The notes under the pieces are model-generated. The model ran no database searches, was not told where the DNA came from, and saw only the letters and a list, made by a program, of their open reading frames with translations. The position numbers and the translations under genes are program-made. A stretch of 62,030 nucleotides of DNA, counting the filler, from Stramenopiles sp. TOSAG23-3 (lineage: Eukaryota), in NCBI GenBank assembly GCA_900128585.1. It is 5 parts of 5 records of this genome, joined end to end, with 100 filler letters (N's around TTAATTAATTAA, not from the genome) between each part and the next. Parts side by side here need not be neighbours in the genome. Positions count along the whole stretch, not along the records: positions 1 to 27,699 come from LT642256.1; 4 more parts are not named here. The stretch is one strand, 5' to 3'. Position 1 is the first letter of the stretch, and every line of letters begins with the position of its first letter. Below are positions 12,367 to 23,131 of this stretch, piece by piece.

Positions 12367-13482
12367 TCATCCATCGTCGCGCACAAAAAAAAAGCCACTG
12401 CCAGGCACCTCATTCTTCCCCCTTGGTTGCCTTTTTAACCTTTGTTTGTGGCGAATTATGTTGAAATTTCGGCATATGTGGTCCGGTTCAACTTTCTCTT
12501 CGTGCTCATTCTTCGGTCTAAGTTTTGGAATCCTCATAAAATCTTCAACCCTACCAAAATTATTAAAACGAACATTCTTGAGCACCCCATAAACATCCGG
12601 AGGCACAGGGAGTACCCAGCCATGGAAACTAAAACTATTGGTGGTTGTGCTGTGTGCGATAGCGTCTTGAAATTCGTTCAGCCCACATTCGTGCGATCGC
12701 GGGGAAACGAAGATGTCCACGCTTAGCCCATTTAGAACGTTGTTCGTCGTTGGCCTGCAGCTGTTTATGTCACGCAAGCTGGCGTAGAGACACGAGCGGG
12801 AATTCCATTTCTTGAAATTCTCAGTCTTTTTATTACATGGGGCATTCCCAATACCGTGGCCAGTTTTCTCATTAAACCCGAACCCGGAATTAAGACGACA
12901 CTCGCGTTTGTAGAATCCATACCCCATTGCTGCACCGTCCACCAATGGGTGCACCATAGTCAAATCGTTCGGTAACAGATGCAAATGTTTTGCAAGAAGA
13001 AATGAATCTGTCGCATTGGCTAGCAAAATATCCATGTCGTGATCCCAAGGGATCCAGCCGTGGTGTCGCACAATTCCGAGCAATGTACCCGCAGTCGGAA
13101 TCCACTTGATCTTCAGCATGTCGAGCAACAGCGAGAATGCTCTCAGCACCCTGGTCATCACAGCTTGGCTGCGTTCATGGGTTGACAACGATCCATAATT
13201 CTCCATTGAGCGGACCGACATACAGTTGTCCAGGCTGTTGCATTGGGTACGCAAATAATGCCTAAGGAACTTATCCAGTTTCTGCGGCCCAAGGTACCGG
13301 TGACGTTCGTCAATTGGCAATTCTATGTCTACCTGAACCAGGCGTGAAATTTCCTTTTCTGGGCGATGAGACCCCCCCGAACGTTTCTTGATAAGATGCC
13401 GTTTGTAGGTTATAATGTAGACCAAAGCAATGAAAATGTACAAAATTATTCCAGCGCAAACTATCGAGGGAGTACGCGTCAT
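12367..13482 (-). CDS. LicD/fukutin-family phosphotransferase, type II membrane protein
   Basis: GTLLGIVRHHGWIPWDHDMDI motif, SVDIFV, N-terminal TM helix. Confidence 0.85.
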   Translation of the reverse strand: MTRTPSIVCAGIILYIFIALVYIITYKRHLIKKRSGGSHRPEKEISRLVQVDIELPIDERHRYLGPQKLDKFLRHYLRTQCNSLDNCMSVRSMENYGSLSTHERSQAVMTRVLRAFSLLLDMLKIKWIPTAGTLLGIVRHHGWIPWDHDMDILLANATDSFLLAKHLHLLPNDLTMVHPLVDGAAMGYGFYKRECRLNSGFGFNEKTGHGIGNAPCNKKTENFKKWNSRSCLYASLRDINSCRPTTNNVLNGLSVDIFVSPRSHECGLNEFQDAIAHSTTTNSFSFHGWVLPVPPDVYGVLKNVRFNNFGRVEDFMRIPKLRPKNEHEEKVEPDHICRNFNIIRHKQRLKRQPRGKNEVPGSGFFFVRDDG

Positions 13483-14379
13483 TACTTTTGTTGTGCTTCT
13501 ACCCGCGTTCACCCGTAACGGAGACGGTCATTATTTCGACTTGCAAACCATTCAGAAAGAGGAATTTGGGTACTGTCTTAATGCTGATCCTACATTACTT
13601 TTTTGATATTTGCCTCGATTGCTGTGTCAATTCCTTTCCATTCAATGCAATGCAATTCAATTCAATCCCTCCTTTTTTTCAATATATATATTTTATCACA
13701 CTCTCTCTTCTACACTATTTGTAAATGACGTATGTATACAACACAACAACAAACACAAAACGAAGAAAAATTAATAATTAATAATACTCTTCTATTTATC
13801 AGGTGGCCGTACCGTAATATAATAATAATGATGAATGATAAAATTATAGTCTACGAACAACAGCAGAGGAATAAATAAGAAGAAGGTGAAACGTTTTTTT
13901 TCTTTTTTCTTCTTCTTGTTTTTTCCCTTTCTTTTTGCCTTCTTTCTTTTTCCCTTCTTTCTTTTTGCCTTCTTTTTTTTGACCTTTTCATTCATTCATA
14001 TAATTAACATTACACAGCATTACACAAACACATTATATATATTCTTTTTTGAAATGTTTTAATTATTTTTTTATTAGATAAAAATAATAAAATAATAATA
14101 TTATATTTTTAATATATAAAAAATATTACACTGCACAGTGGGGGGGATGGCGCACACTACTACGTACTGTAATATACACCCGGCGGGAGAGGAGAGTACG
14201 TATACAAATATATAAACTGTTCGTATTGCATTCCATTCTTTAGAGATCCCATGGGAGTTTAAATTTGAAAATAGATGTTCTGTACGCGCCGTAGAGTGCC
14301 CTTTATTCCTTGTAGACGTGCGTACATACGATTGTCACGAACATATAACAACGGTGTGGTCAGTAGAGGCTTTACGTGA

Positions 14380-14796
14380 ATGCCAATGTCCGAAAAAAGT
14401 GAGCACAAAATGGGCGGGTCTGAAGGTAACGGGAGTAGGGAAAACATCGAAGTGTTCAACACACTTTTAGAGTATTTGCAAAAAAAAGTGGGGCGCTCCC
14501 CTGGCGATGCTATAGGGTGGCTATACGTTGCTCGCGGCTGCTACAAAATCAAACGATACGATTGGGCGTTTAGTGCTTTGTGTCAACCAGAGGGTCCTTT
14601 GAACGACGATAACCCTGCGGTTCGGAAAGAAGCACAACATTTGATGGCATTTTCGCTGCTGCGCCAAAACCAAGTTGGAGAAGCGCACAAACAATTTTGT
14701 AGATCTGTAGGAGATGGCAACGATACGGACTGGCAGATGATTGTAGAGTTAGGAGTTGATAAATATCTTTCTACCACTGATGTAGCCCGGAGCTGA
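14380..14796 (+). CDS. Small hypothetical protein with TPR-like helices
   Basis: Coding-like composition; PGDAIGWLYVARGCY and EAQHLMAFSLLRQNQVGEAHKQF look TPR-like. Confidence 0.65.
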   Translation: MPMSEKSEHKMGGSEGNGSRENIEVFNTLLEYLQKKVGRSPGDAIGWLYVARGCYKIKRYDWAFSALCQPEGPLNDDNPAVRKEAQHLMAFSLLRQNQVGEAHKQFCRSVGDGNDTDWQMIVELGVDKYLSTTDVARS

Positions 14797-14934
14797 ACGA
14801 ATCGTCGATCCATCCGTCCCTATTCCTTCCCCCAAAAACATATTCTGAAAAATAAATTTAATAATAGAGACGCGCAGCAGGTGGTGGGAACACATTTGCG
14901 AGTAAAGAAAAGTATTTTGTGTCACGAAAGTAAC

Positions 14935-15600
14935 CCTTGCCTCCTTAAATAAAAAAAGAAAATTGGCTGTTATTTTAGTAATTAAAAATTCATATAAAAA
15001 GTTTTACACAGAAGACCTTGATAATTATTTGTTTTTAGTTTAATATAGTGATAGTCGCTCTGCGTCAATGTCAAAAGACCCGTACTCAACTTCCTCATCC
15101 GATATCTCACTCGTAAATAAATCAGCCCTTGTGTGATTTTCCAAGCAGCGGCGTGAATGTTGTAAGGTCTGTCTTGTAAACCAGCCAGGTAATTGTCATT
15201 TGTGAGTTGAGGTGTCGGGAGAGGATCGCTTGGGTCGGTGTGCACAATCGGCGTTCGTGGGGTTTGTTGCGATGGTGAAAATTCGGTGTGAAGTAAATCA
15301 GTATCATAGTTGTGGTTCTTTGGCGTGCCAGTTGGTATCTCGTCCTGCTAGCGATGCTCTGGCCCCCTTCCTCTGGTGGTTGCATTGGGGATTGTACTTC
15401 TGTGTCTTCGGCCGAGGGTGACATTATTAGGGTCGGGGCATTACTGGATTGCTCACTACTGTATTGTATTGAGGGTTGTCGTTGTACCTCTGTGTCGTCG
15501 TCTGAGGTTATCATCTGTGATATAAAAAACAAGAAAGCATACTATAATTTGTTTTTAAAAACAAGAAAATAAACTTTAAAATATGGCTGTAAAGATTTAA
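14935..15600 (-). repeat. Uncharacterised repeat element, copy 2 (reverse orientation)
   Basis: Minus strand carries TTTAATTACTAAAATAACAGCCAATTTTC at about 14988-14959. It also carries CAACTCACAAATGACAAT...ACGCCGCTGCTT...CGGATGAGGAAGTTGA, shared with 9539-9635. A degenerate ACAGCCA...TTTTCTTGTTTTT lies at the other end. Confidence 0.72.
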
Positions 15601-15618
15601 AAACTCTTTGCCTCTAAA

Positions 15619-17121
15619 TTACTGGTCCATGGACTTCAGGTTATCGCATACTGTAAATTTAGCACCAGTGGCAGCCGTTATATCTTCGACAGATATCCCA
15701 TCGCCAATTTCAACAAGCTTGAGGCCACCTTCGGTAATGTCCATTACGCACATGTCGGTAATAATACGGTCAACAACCCGTTTTCCTGTCAATGGTAAGG
15801 AACATGAATCCAAAATTTTATGTCCGCCACCTTTGGCAACATGTTCCATGGTGACGACGACTCGACTCCCCGAACTCACCAAATCCATTGCACCGCCCAT
15901 CCCTTTGACCATCTTACCCGGAATTATCCAGTTTGCCAAATCTCCATTGCTTGCAACTTGCAGTGCGCCTAGTACCGTCAAGTCAACATGCCCTCCACGA
16001 ATCATAGCGAAGGATTCACCACTCGAAAATAATGATGAGCCTGGGATTGTCGTAACGGTTTCTTTCCCCGCATTGATCATGTCTGGGTCAACATTCTCTG
16101 GCTTTGGGTACGGGCCCATCCCTAGCAAACCGTTTTCACTCTGTAATTCAATGGTCACATCGTTCGGCAGGAAGTTGCTTGCCAGGGTCGGAATACCGAT
16201 GCCAAGGTTCACGTACATTCCATCTTCAAACTCCTTGGCGGCACGTTTGACGATTCGAAGCCTTCCTTCGTTGAGCCCTTGGACCCCAGCTTCGCCCGTG
16301 TCGACAGTTTCTTTCTCGATCCGTTTTTCGTACGATGGCCCTTTGATAAGACGGTTGACGTAAATGCCCGATAAGTGGATTTCGTTGGGATCCAACTCTC
16401 CAGCTTCCACGATCTCCTCAACCTCAGCTATGCAAATTTTCCCCGCGGCAGCGCATTCTGGGTTGAAATTTCGCGCAGTGCCTTTGAACACCAGGTTTCC
16501 TCGGGTGTCAGCCTTCCACGCTTTTACAAGTGAAAAGTCGCCAGTTATGGCGGGCTCCATCACATACTCTTTCCCGCCAAAATTTTTGGTTTCTTTCGGT
16601 TCACTTTCGAGAAGAACAGATCCATCGGCGTTGTACTTTATTGGACTCCCTCCACCTTGGACGATCGTCCCGGCGGCAGTGGAGGTGTAAAACGCTGGGA
16701 TTCCTGCCCCCCCAGCGCGCAAGCGTTCGGCCAGGGTACCCTGCGGGGTAAGCTCGACTTCGAGCTCACCCGACAAATATTGTCGTTCGAACGTTTTGTT
16801 TTCCCCAACGTACGAAGATATCATTCGCTTGATTTGGTTTGTTTGCAGCAAGAGACCCAACCCGAAGTCATCAACCCCTGCGTTGTTGGATACGGCGGTG
16901 AGCCCTGTAGCACCCTGTTTCACAAGGGCACTTATTAGGTTTTCTGGGATACCGCAGAGCCCAAAGCCACCCACGCATATGGTTGCACCATCGGGAATAT
17001 CCGAAACGGCTTCTTCAGCAGACGGTACCAACTTGGACGAGCCGCTGGTGATTGACATGTTCCTTACACCAGGCTGAACAAAGAGTTGCCGCGCACCCTT
17101 AGATGATACACGGAGAAGCAT
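15619..17121 (-). CDS. OXCT1: Succinyl-CoA:3-oxoacid CoA-transferase (SCOT), mitochondrial
   Basis: [41 protein letters not shown], catalytic [13 protein letters not shown]; Arg/Ser-rich presequence. Confidence 0.96.
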   Translation of the reverse strand: MLLRVSSKGARQLFVQPGVRNMSITSGSSKLVPSAEEAVSDIPDGATICVGGFGLCGIPENLISALVKQGATGLTAVSNNAGVDDFGLGLLLQTNQIKRMISSYVGENKTFERQYLSGELEVELTPQGTLAERLRAGGAGIPAFYTSTAAGTIVQGGGSPIKYNADGSVLLESEPKETKNFGGKEYVMEPAITGDFSLVKAWKADTRGNLVFKGTARNFNPECAAAGKICIAEVEEIVEAGELDPNEIHLSGIYVNRLIKGPSYEKRIEKETVDTGEAGVQGLNEGRLRIVKRAAKEFEDGMYVNLGIGIPTLASNFLPNDVTIELQSENGLLGMGPYPKPENVDPDMINAGKETVTTIPGSSLFSSGESFAMIRGGHVDLTVLGALQVASNGDLANWIIPGKMVKGMGGAMDLVSSGSRVVVTMEHVAKGGGHKILDSCSLPLTGKRVVDRIITDMCVMDITEGGLKLVEIGDGISVEDITAATGAKFTVCDNLKSMDQ

Positions 17122-17873
17122 GGTTTGGCGCTATGGTGCGTTTGTAATGTTAATCGAATTTGTTTTTAATTTTGTCGCTCTTGAACGATTATATTATATA
17201 CCCGATAGTTTCATTGAAAATTTTAATACTGCAAAAGTGATGAATTATATTTACAACCGATATTCATTCATTCATTCAAACAAAGGCGGTTCGGTCGGTC
17301 CGTTCTACTACTTGAACTTGATGATTTTTTTTTTGGTGGTGGTGTTGTTGTTTTTTTGTTCGTTGGTGGTTGTTTGTTGTTGGTTCTTGAGTATCCATAA
17401 TAATATATTACTACACAGAATACCTCCTTTTTTTTATCTTAGTCTAAAATAAAATTATCTATTGATACTTATACTTATAATTAAATACATTATATAATTA
17501 AATGTATTATTCCTATCAAATACATTCTTCCTTTCTTTTTTTTTCTTCCACTTCTTCTTCTGCTTTCTTGTTTTTGTTTCTTCTTTTTTTCATTTTTTTT
17601 TCATTCTTCTTCTTCTCTTCCTTCTTCTTCTTTATTATTATTATGTGATTATTATACAACAACACAGGGTGGACTTTAATTAAAGTGGGACCAACACGTT
17701 TCCTCCTCCTTGATTGATGATGATGAAGCAAGATATTTTATTGAATTGAATTTGAATTGAACCTTTGCATATAAATATACAAGCGGTGAAAAAATGTTAC
17801 ATTTCCATACTGTGCCTAAATCGATTAATTGGGTTCACACTTCACTTTAAAAAACAGCACCGAACGACGGCGT

Positions 17874-19652
17874 ATGAAGATTTCTGCAGTTTCTTCCGGA
17901 TTGCGAATACCGGTGAGAGTTTTTGGTAACACTTCCCACCGCTTCAAGTTCTGCTGTTTCCTTTTCTGCGCGTGGCTTCTCACGTCCGCCTCTTTTGCCA
18001 AGCGTACGTCACGGAAAAAAAAGAAAAAACCGGGGCGCTCCTCCAATGTAGTTATAACCAATAGCAATGGTGACGTTTTGGATTCGGCCCAAGAGGCATT
18101 GGACGATCCAAACGCTCTCGTGCCCAAGAAGCCACCGAAGCGGAAGCATCAAACCAAGTTGGGGAAAATGTTAGCTGACGCAGACGGGGCAGAAAAGTTC
18201 GAGGACAAAAGGACTAAGTGTGTGCATGCGTTTCAGCATTTTCGAACTAACAAAGAAGCAATGAACGTCGACGACGCGTACGGGCTAGGGCGCCGCCTGC
18301 TAGAGTTAGAAGAAATTAAGCAAGCCGTCGAAACGTTCCAATTCGTGGTGACAAAACTCCCGAACTCTAACGATGCGCGCTTGTCCCTCGGTATCGCCCA
18401 GCTGCATTTGGGCACTCACGTGGACGCGGTGGCGGCTGCCAAAACCCTTAGTTATGCACTGCAGCTGCGTTTTAAGTCAAATGATAGAGTAAGTATTGCC
18501 AGGTACATGTATGCCGAAGCCTTGAGGGGCTCTTACGACTATGATCAAAGTCTGAGCATATACGAAAATATTATTTCGACAAAATCGAACGTAACAAGCG
18601 ATAAGGAAGTGCTACAGGATGTTGTGACGAGCTATTTTTCTGCGTGCCAGGCGGCAGATTTCCCCCCGAAGTTAGATTTGGTACGCCTGGCTTGCTCAAG
18701 GATTAAAACTTTTCGCTGTTATGAAAACTTGGCCGGATGGTACATGCGCACGAACAAGGAAAAGAAAGGGCGGAAATATTTCAAGAAGGCGTTGAAGTTA
18801 GCAGGCGGGAAAATGCGAGCGTACTACAGGGAGGAGTCCGTAGAGTTCCCGACTGGGGAATCCTTCCCTGATGGAGAGATGCTGGTCGCAAACGAGGTAA
18901 GGGAGTTCGAAGACTTTTTGACGGTCGAAGAAAGTGACAAACTCGCAGATATAGTCGATTTCAGCATCGATGGCGCAAGTACCTCACGCCGCCGCATTTG
19001 CTACGCGTCTGGGGCAGCCCCTCCACAAACTAGAAAATATTTGGTGAAAGACCCTACGAAACAGGGGTATGACTGTATCAACAAAACCCTCGACGTTGGT
19101 GACAGGTTAGCATCGGACATTGTGACAAGCTCTTCCGTTTTTGTTGACAGTAATGACATTGATATTGTGAAGGATATTGAGCATCGCATTTACGAGAGTT
19201 TTGGCCTGTCGTCTGCAGATGCATGGCCAACCCAGCTGTTGAAGTACCCCCCAGGTGTCAGCTATGCAGCCCACACCGATTGTACGCTAGAAAAATTGGA
19301 TCCATTTGATCGGTCGTTTACGGTATTGATTTATTTAAATAGAATTCGATCTGGGGGAGAAACGACGTTTCCTACGCTGGGTAGGAGCGTTGAACCAGTG
19401 AGAGGAAAGGCAGTCGTGTTTTCGTCTGTTGATTCTCGCGGTTTTTGCAACCCAAAGCTGTTACATGTAGGAGAAGCAGTGACGGGATTAAAGCCCAAAT
19501 ATGTGCTGCAGAAATGGTTTCGTCGACCTAATTTGCACCGGCGCAGGCGCTCCGAAAAAGCTTACTTTGGATTTCACAGGGAATTGAAGTCTACCAAAAC
19601 ACCCCGGCCATTGGATCACGGGATCCCAGGAAAAGTATGGGAGGAGTTATAA
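17874..19652 (+). CDS. TPR + prolyl-4-hydroxylase-like 2OG-Fe(II) oxygenase, with signal/TM segment
   Basis: HTD (HxD), TVLIYLN, GGETTFP, GKAVVF, LLHVG and KY motifs; TPR-like helices in the N-terminal half. Confidence 0.85.
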   Translation: MKISAVSSGLRIPVRVFGNTSHRFKFCCFLFCAWLLTSASFAKRTSRKKKKKPGRSSNVVITNSNGDVLDSAQEALDDPNALVPKKPPKRKHQTKLGKMLADADGAEKFEDKRTKCVHAFQHFRTNKEAMNVDDAYGLGRRLLELEEIKQAVETFQFVVTKLPNSNDARLSLGIAQLHLGTHVDAVAAAKTLSYALQLRFKSNDRVSIARYMYAEALRGSYDYDQSLSIYENIISTKSNVTSDKEVLQDVVTSYFSACQAADFPPKLDLVRLACSRIKTFRCYENLAGWYMRTNKEKKGRKYFKKALKLAGGKMRAYYREESVEFPTGESFPDGEMLVANEVREFEDFLTVEESDKLADIVDFSIDGASTSRRRICYASGAAPPQTRKYLVKDPTKQGYDCINKTLDVGDRLASDIVTSSSVFVDSNDIDIVKDIEHRIYESFGLSSADAWPTQLLKYPPGVSYAAHTDCTLEKLDPFDRSFTVLIYLNRIRSGGETTFPTLGRSVEPVRGKAVVFSSVDSRGFCNPKLLHVGEAVTGLKPKYVLQKWFRRPNLHRRRRSEKAYFGFHRELKSTKTPRPLDHGIPGKVWEEL

Positions 19653-19951
19653 AACTATTGGCGCTGCCCAAATGTATTTTTGTAAATATCTAGTTCAGGC
19701 GTGTAGTAATAAACAACCGGGGACACGTATTGGTGAAAATAAAAAATATGCTTACGAGTAAGCAAAATAAAATTCAGTCAAAACAGACAGGAACAGCACC
19801 CCAGACCAGATAAAATTGACTCGAGCTAGCTACTTTTGTAAAAAAGAATATTTGTATTATGTTAATAAAGTGACTCACGAAAATATTTTCCCTCTTTTGA
19901 ACTTCGGAGTTACGGGCACCGACACGTTGCGAGGTTTGATAGTTCCAGTAT

Positions 19952-20599
19952 TTACAAGCTAAACCCGGTATCCTCTTCTTGTTTTGGACCCTTTTGGCCA
20001 CGCATAAAATCTGGCCGTGCTCCAGCCATCCATCTGGGCTCCCCTCTTCTTGATGGTAGTGTGTTGAGGTCAGCAGGTGGTTTGTCGTCGGCAGTCCAAA
20101 GAGGAACCAGAGGTGGCCCTTTCCGTTCCATACGGTCTGACCTTGCACCCCCAATCCACCTTTCCTTCCCTCGTCGCGAGCTCCCAGGCCTGGGGCGAAC
20201 TATTGGGTCGTCGACTGTCATCAACGATTCAACGTACCGCTCTGGTTCTCCATCATAAACATCTAATCTGTTGCCGTTTGGCCACCTGGATGCGCCCCGT
20301 CTTTCGGACACTGGGATTCCCGCTTCTTCCATAAGCTTGGCCGCACTTTTTCTATTGTCCCTTTCGGCATACAGTTCGTATGTTTTAGACACGTCTTTTT
20401 CGTGAACAAAACCAACAGAAACGTCATTCTTGGCTCCGCCAACCCATCGCGGTTCAGTTAGCCGTTCTTTTGGAGATGCTGGAGCAGCCTTCGGAGCATC
20501 ATTCGCTATGTACAACTGATCAAGGCGCTGTACTCCAGGATTCCGTGCTCGCTGGATATTTCCACCCGGCCAACGGGCTTCAGGGACTCCCGCACTCAT
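19952..20599 (-). CDS. Hypothetical protein with five RW-x-G repeats
   Basis: Open coding-like frame; EARWPGG, EPRWVGGA, ASRWPNG, KERWIGGA, EPRWMAGA. Confidence 0.7.
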   Translation of the reverse strand: MSAGVPEARWPGGNIQRARNPGVQRLDQLYIANDAPKAAPASPKERLTEPRWVGGAKNDVSVGFVHEKDVSKTYELYAERDNRKSAAKLMEEAGIPVSERRGASRWPNGNRLDVYDGEPERYVESLMTVDDPIVRPRPGSSRRGKERWIGGARSDRMERKGPPLVPLWTADDKPPADLNTLPSRRGEPRWMAGARPDFMRGQKGPKQEEDTGFSL

Positions 20600-21522
20600 T
20601 ATTTTAATCAAACAGGGTAGCTGTCAGCGCAGGCAAAGGAATGTTATAAAATGTTTTTGTAGAGTCCGGGCTCACTGCTTTCAAATGTTCCTACACACGT
20701 AAATAAATGACAGATCATAAACAGTTTCGGGACAGAAAAATTCATCGCGCGTTAGTCACCACGCTAGACTAACATCATCAAACAAACAACACAACTAACA
20801 ACAACAATGTCAACATGACCATTTGTTGTGATGATGGAGTGCTGTTGCTACTGTGTTGATGTTGTTGTTGAAAAGAAATAATTGTAGAAGAAAAAAAGCT
20901 GCTAGTCGTCTATATTAATATAGCTAATAGAAAAAAAGTAACGCATAAAAACCCCCGTACGAGGTAGTATTTATTATTATTAATAAATAATATTTTTATT
21001 TAAAATAGAAGAAGTGGTGGTTTGGATTTTTGCAAGTACAGAAATTAGTATAATATAAAGTATACGAAGTATGTATACTTATAGTAAATATGGGCCTATA
21101 CCAAGAAAATGAATAATTTTGTTGAAACGTTTTTTGCATTTTTAAATAATAATTTTTTGTTGCTGCTTTTTTTCTTTCTATCTCCTCCAGACTTATTCAT
21201 ATTATACGAAGTGTATAATAGTGACTTTTATTGTATTATACGTAAATTATATAATATTATAATTCCTCGTATTTATTGTAATACCACCAACCACCAGCAG
21301 CCAAAAAAAGAGTAGTACGACGTGGTTGTTACAAAAAAAAAAAAAAAAGAAGGAGACTGATCTCTACATTTGTCGTCAATAGAAAGAATGAATGGCCCGT
21401 ATTTGTTGTTGTATATCAACCATGTCGTCTCCAACCAAACGAGAATTAAATTATTTCGAAAATACACGAATAACGGGGTACGAAACCCTATTTTTCTCTT
21501 ATATTAGTACAAATATCAAATC

Positions 21523-21963
21523 ATGCCGCACGGTGACTTAAGCGACTTTGCAGGATTATTTTCCTTCGCCACCGGCCTCGCGTCGATCTTTGCACCCAAC
21601 TTGTGGTATCGAGAGTTCGGGCCAGTGAAGCCCATGTTCGATGGGTCCATAACTGCGGAGAGCACCGCGATGATTTCATTCATTGGATCACTTTTAGTAT
21701 TTGTGGGACTGGCCTCGTACATAGTACGCTGGAACACTACGAACGCCATCAGTGCAGCGACCGGGTATTTTTTCGCTGCGATCAATTCCGCTTATATCGC
21801 ACACCAGATGGACGGCAGTTTCGTCCTCCGTGGTTGGCATCTATTTTCCGCAGTGTTTCTGATCGGAGCATTTCACATGAAATTCAACCCCAACCCCAAA
21901 TGGACGTCAAAGACACTGAAGGCTCACGAAGACGAAAAAGCAAAGAAAAAGAAGAGTTCGTAA
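21523..21963 (+). CDS. Small multi-pass membrane protein of unknown function
   Basis: About four hydrophobic segments; lysine-rich C-terminus ending KKKKSS (di-lysine ER-retrieval-like). Confidence 0.75.
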   Translation: MPHGDLSDFAGLFSFATGLASIFAPNLWYREFGPVKPMFDGSITAESTAMISFIGSLLVFVGLASYIVRWNTTNAISAATGYFFAAINSAYIAHQMDGSFVLRGWHLFSAVFLIGAFHMKFNPNPKWTSKTLKAHEDEKAKKKKSS

Positions 21964-22194
21964 ATTCCTGGCATCGTAAAATAGTGCTATGCTCTGTTCC
22001 CTTATAAAATAGTAATTTATATAATTTCGGAGAAGCATCTAGTCCGTAATACCAAAATATTTTTTTGAATTCTACGTGCGTAGGTGTCTTAGAATTTCAT
22101 GGGGTCTTACTGGAGGTGAAATTAATGCGCCGAGAAAAGATCACACTTTTCAATAACTCCTTACTTTCAGGTCATTTAAAAAACTTTTAAAGAC

Positions 22195-22385
22195 ATTTAA
22201 TTACTTAAATAACAGCCAATTTTCTTGTTTTTAGAATTTATGTCTATCGATTAGTAAAACCAAAAGAGCAAAGATAAGTCTAGTTCATGAAGGAATGTAA
22301 ACCTAGAATACGTCTAAATCTAGATTTCAGTTCGCAGTACATTAATTTTAATTACTTAAATAACAGCCAATTTTCTTGTTTAATG
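22195..22385 (+). repeat. Uncharacterised repeat element, copy 3 (partial unit plus full unit, no core)
   Basis: 22244-22381 closely matches 9742-9883. A partial TTAATTACTTAAATAACAGCCAATTTTCTTGTTTT lies at 22197. Confidence 0.82.
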
Positions 22386-22468
22386 TACGTCTTACTCTTT
22401 TTCTTAAAATTTAAACATCAGTCAAACGACGTTATATAATTTGTTTTCAGTCAAACGACCCAGTCTTT

Positions 22469-23131
22469 TTACAGAATGTAGCCTTTTGGATTGTTGTTTG
22501 TCTTTTTCTTCTTTTTTTTCCGGCGTTTTTGACGGAAAGATGCTGCTCCAATTTTTACTTTGACGCCCGTTTTCTTGTTCCGATGCTGTACCTTCCTCGC
22601 AGACGTTCCATAAACGTTCTCCTCACTACCCTCTTCATTTGACGGAATGTACCCCATTAACGACTGCAAAGATTCTTCTACAAAAACTCCACCTTCTTCC
22701 TCAGGTTCTCCATACCCATCCTCCCTGTCATACGCCTCTTCTTCTTCGGCATTGCGTGACATCAATGATAATTGCTCCATGTATTGCTCTCGTTTGTACG
22801 TTGCTTCTTGGTTCATATGCCGAATGTACGCCTTTCTAATTGCTGGCAAACTATTTTGGATGGTCCGCCTCAGCGCTTTCGTCACAGTCCCGTCAGGCGC
22901 CACAAAAGGCTCCGAATGTTTTTTATTTACAGACACAAATTCACTGTTAACTCTACAATGGTCTAAATTTGGTATTTGTACTGGCTGGATCAACAACTTT
23001 TTGTGGGCTTCAACAGATTTGAAGTTCCCATGATAGCCCTGAGATATTTGATCAAGGTATGGCCCCGTGTTTATCCGTGCACTGCCGGCCCCGGCCTTTT
23101 TGCCCCCCCGGTTGAATGAAAAAATATTCAT
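22469..23131 (-). CDS. Hypothetical protein
   Basis: 220-codon ORF with coding-like composition, acidic middle and basic tail; family not recognised. Confidence 0.65.
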   Translation of the reverse strand: MNIFSFNRGGKKAGAGSARINTGPYLDQISQGYHGNFKSVEAHKKLLIQPVQIPNLDHCRVNSEFVSVNKKHSEPFVAPDGTVTKALRRTIQNSLPAIRKAYIRHMNQEATYKREQYMEQLSLMSRNAEEEEAYDREDGYGEPEEEGGVFVEESLQSLMGYIPSNEEGSEENVYGTSARKVQHRNKKTGVKVKIGAASFRQKRRKKKKKKTNNNPKGYIL

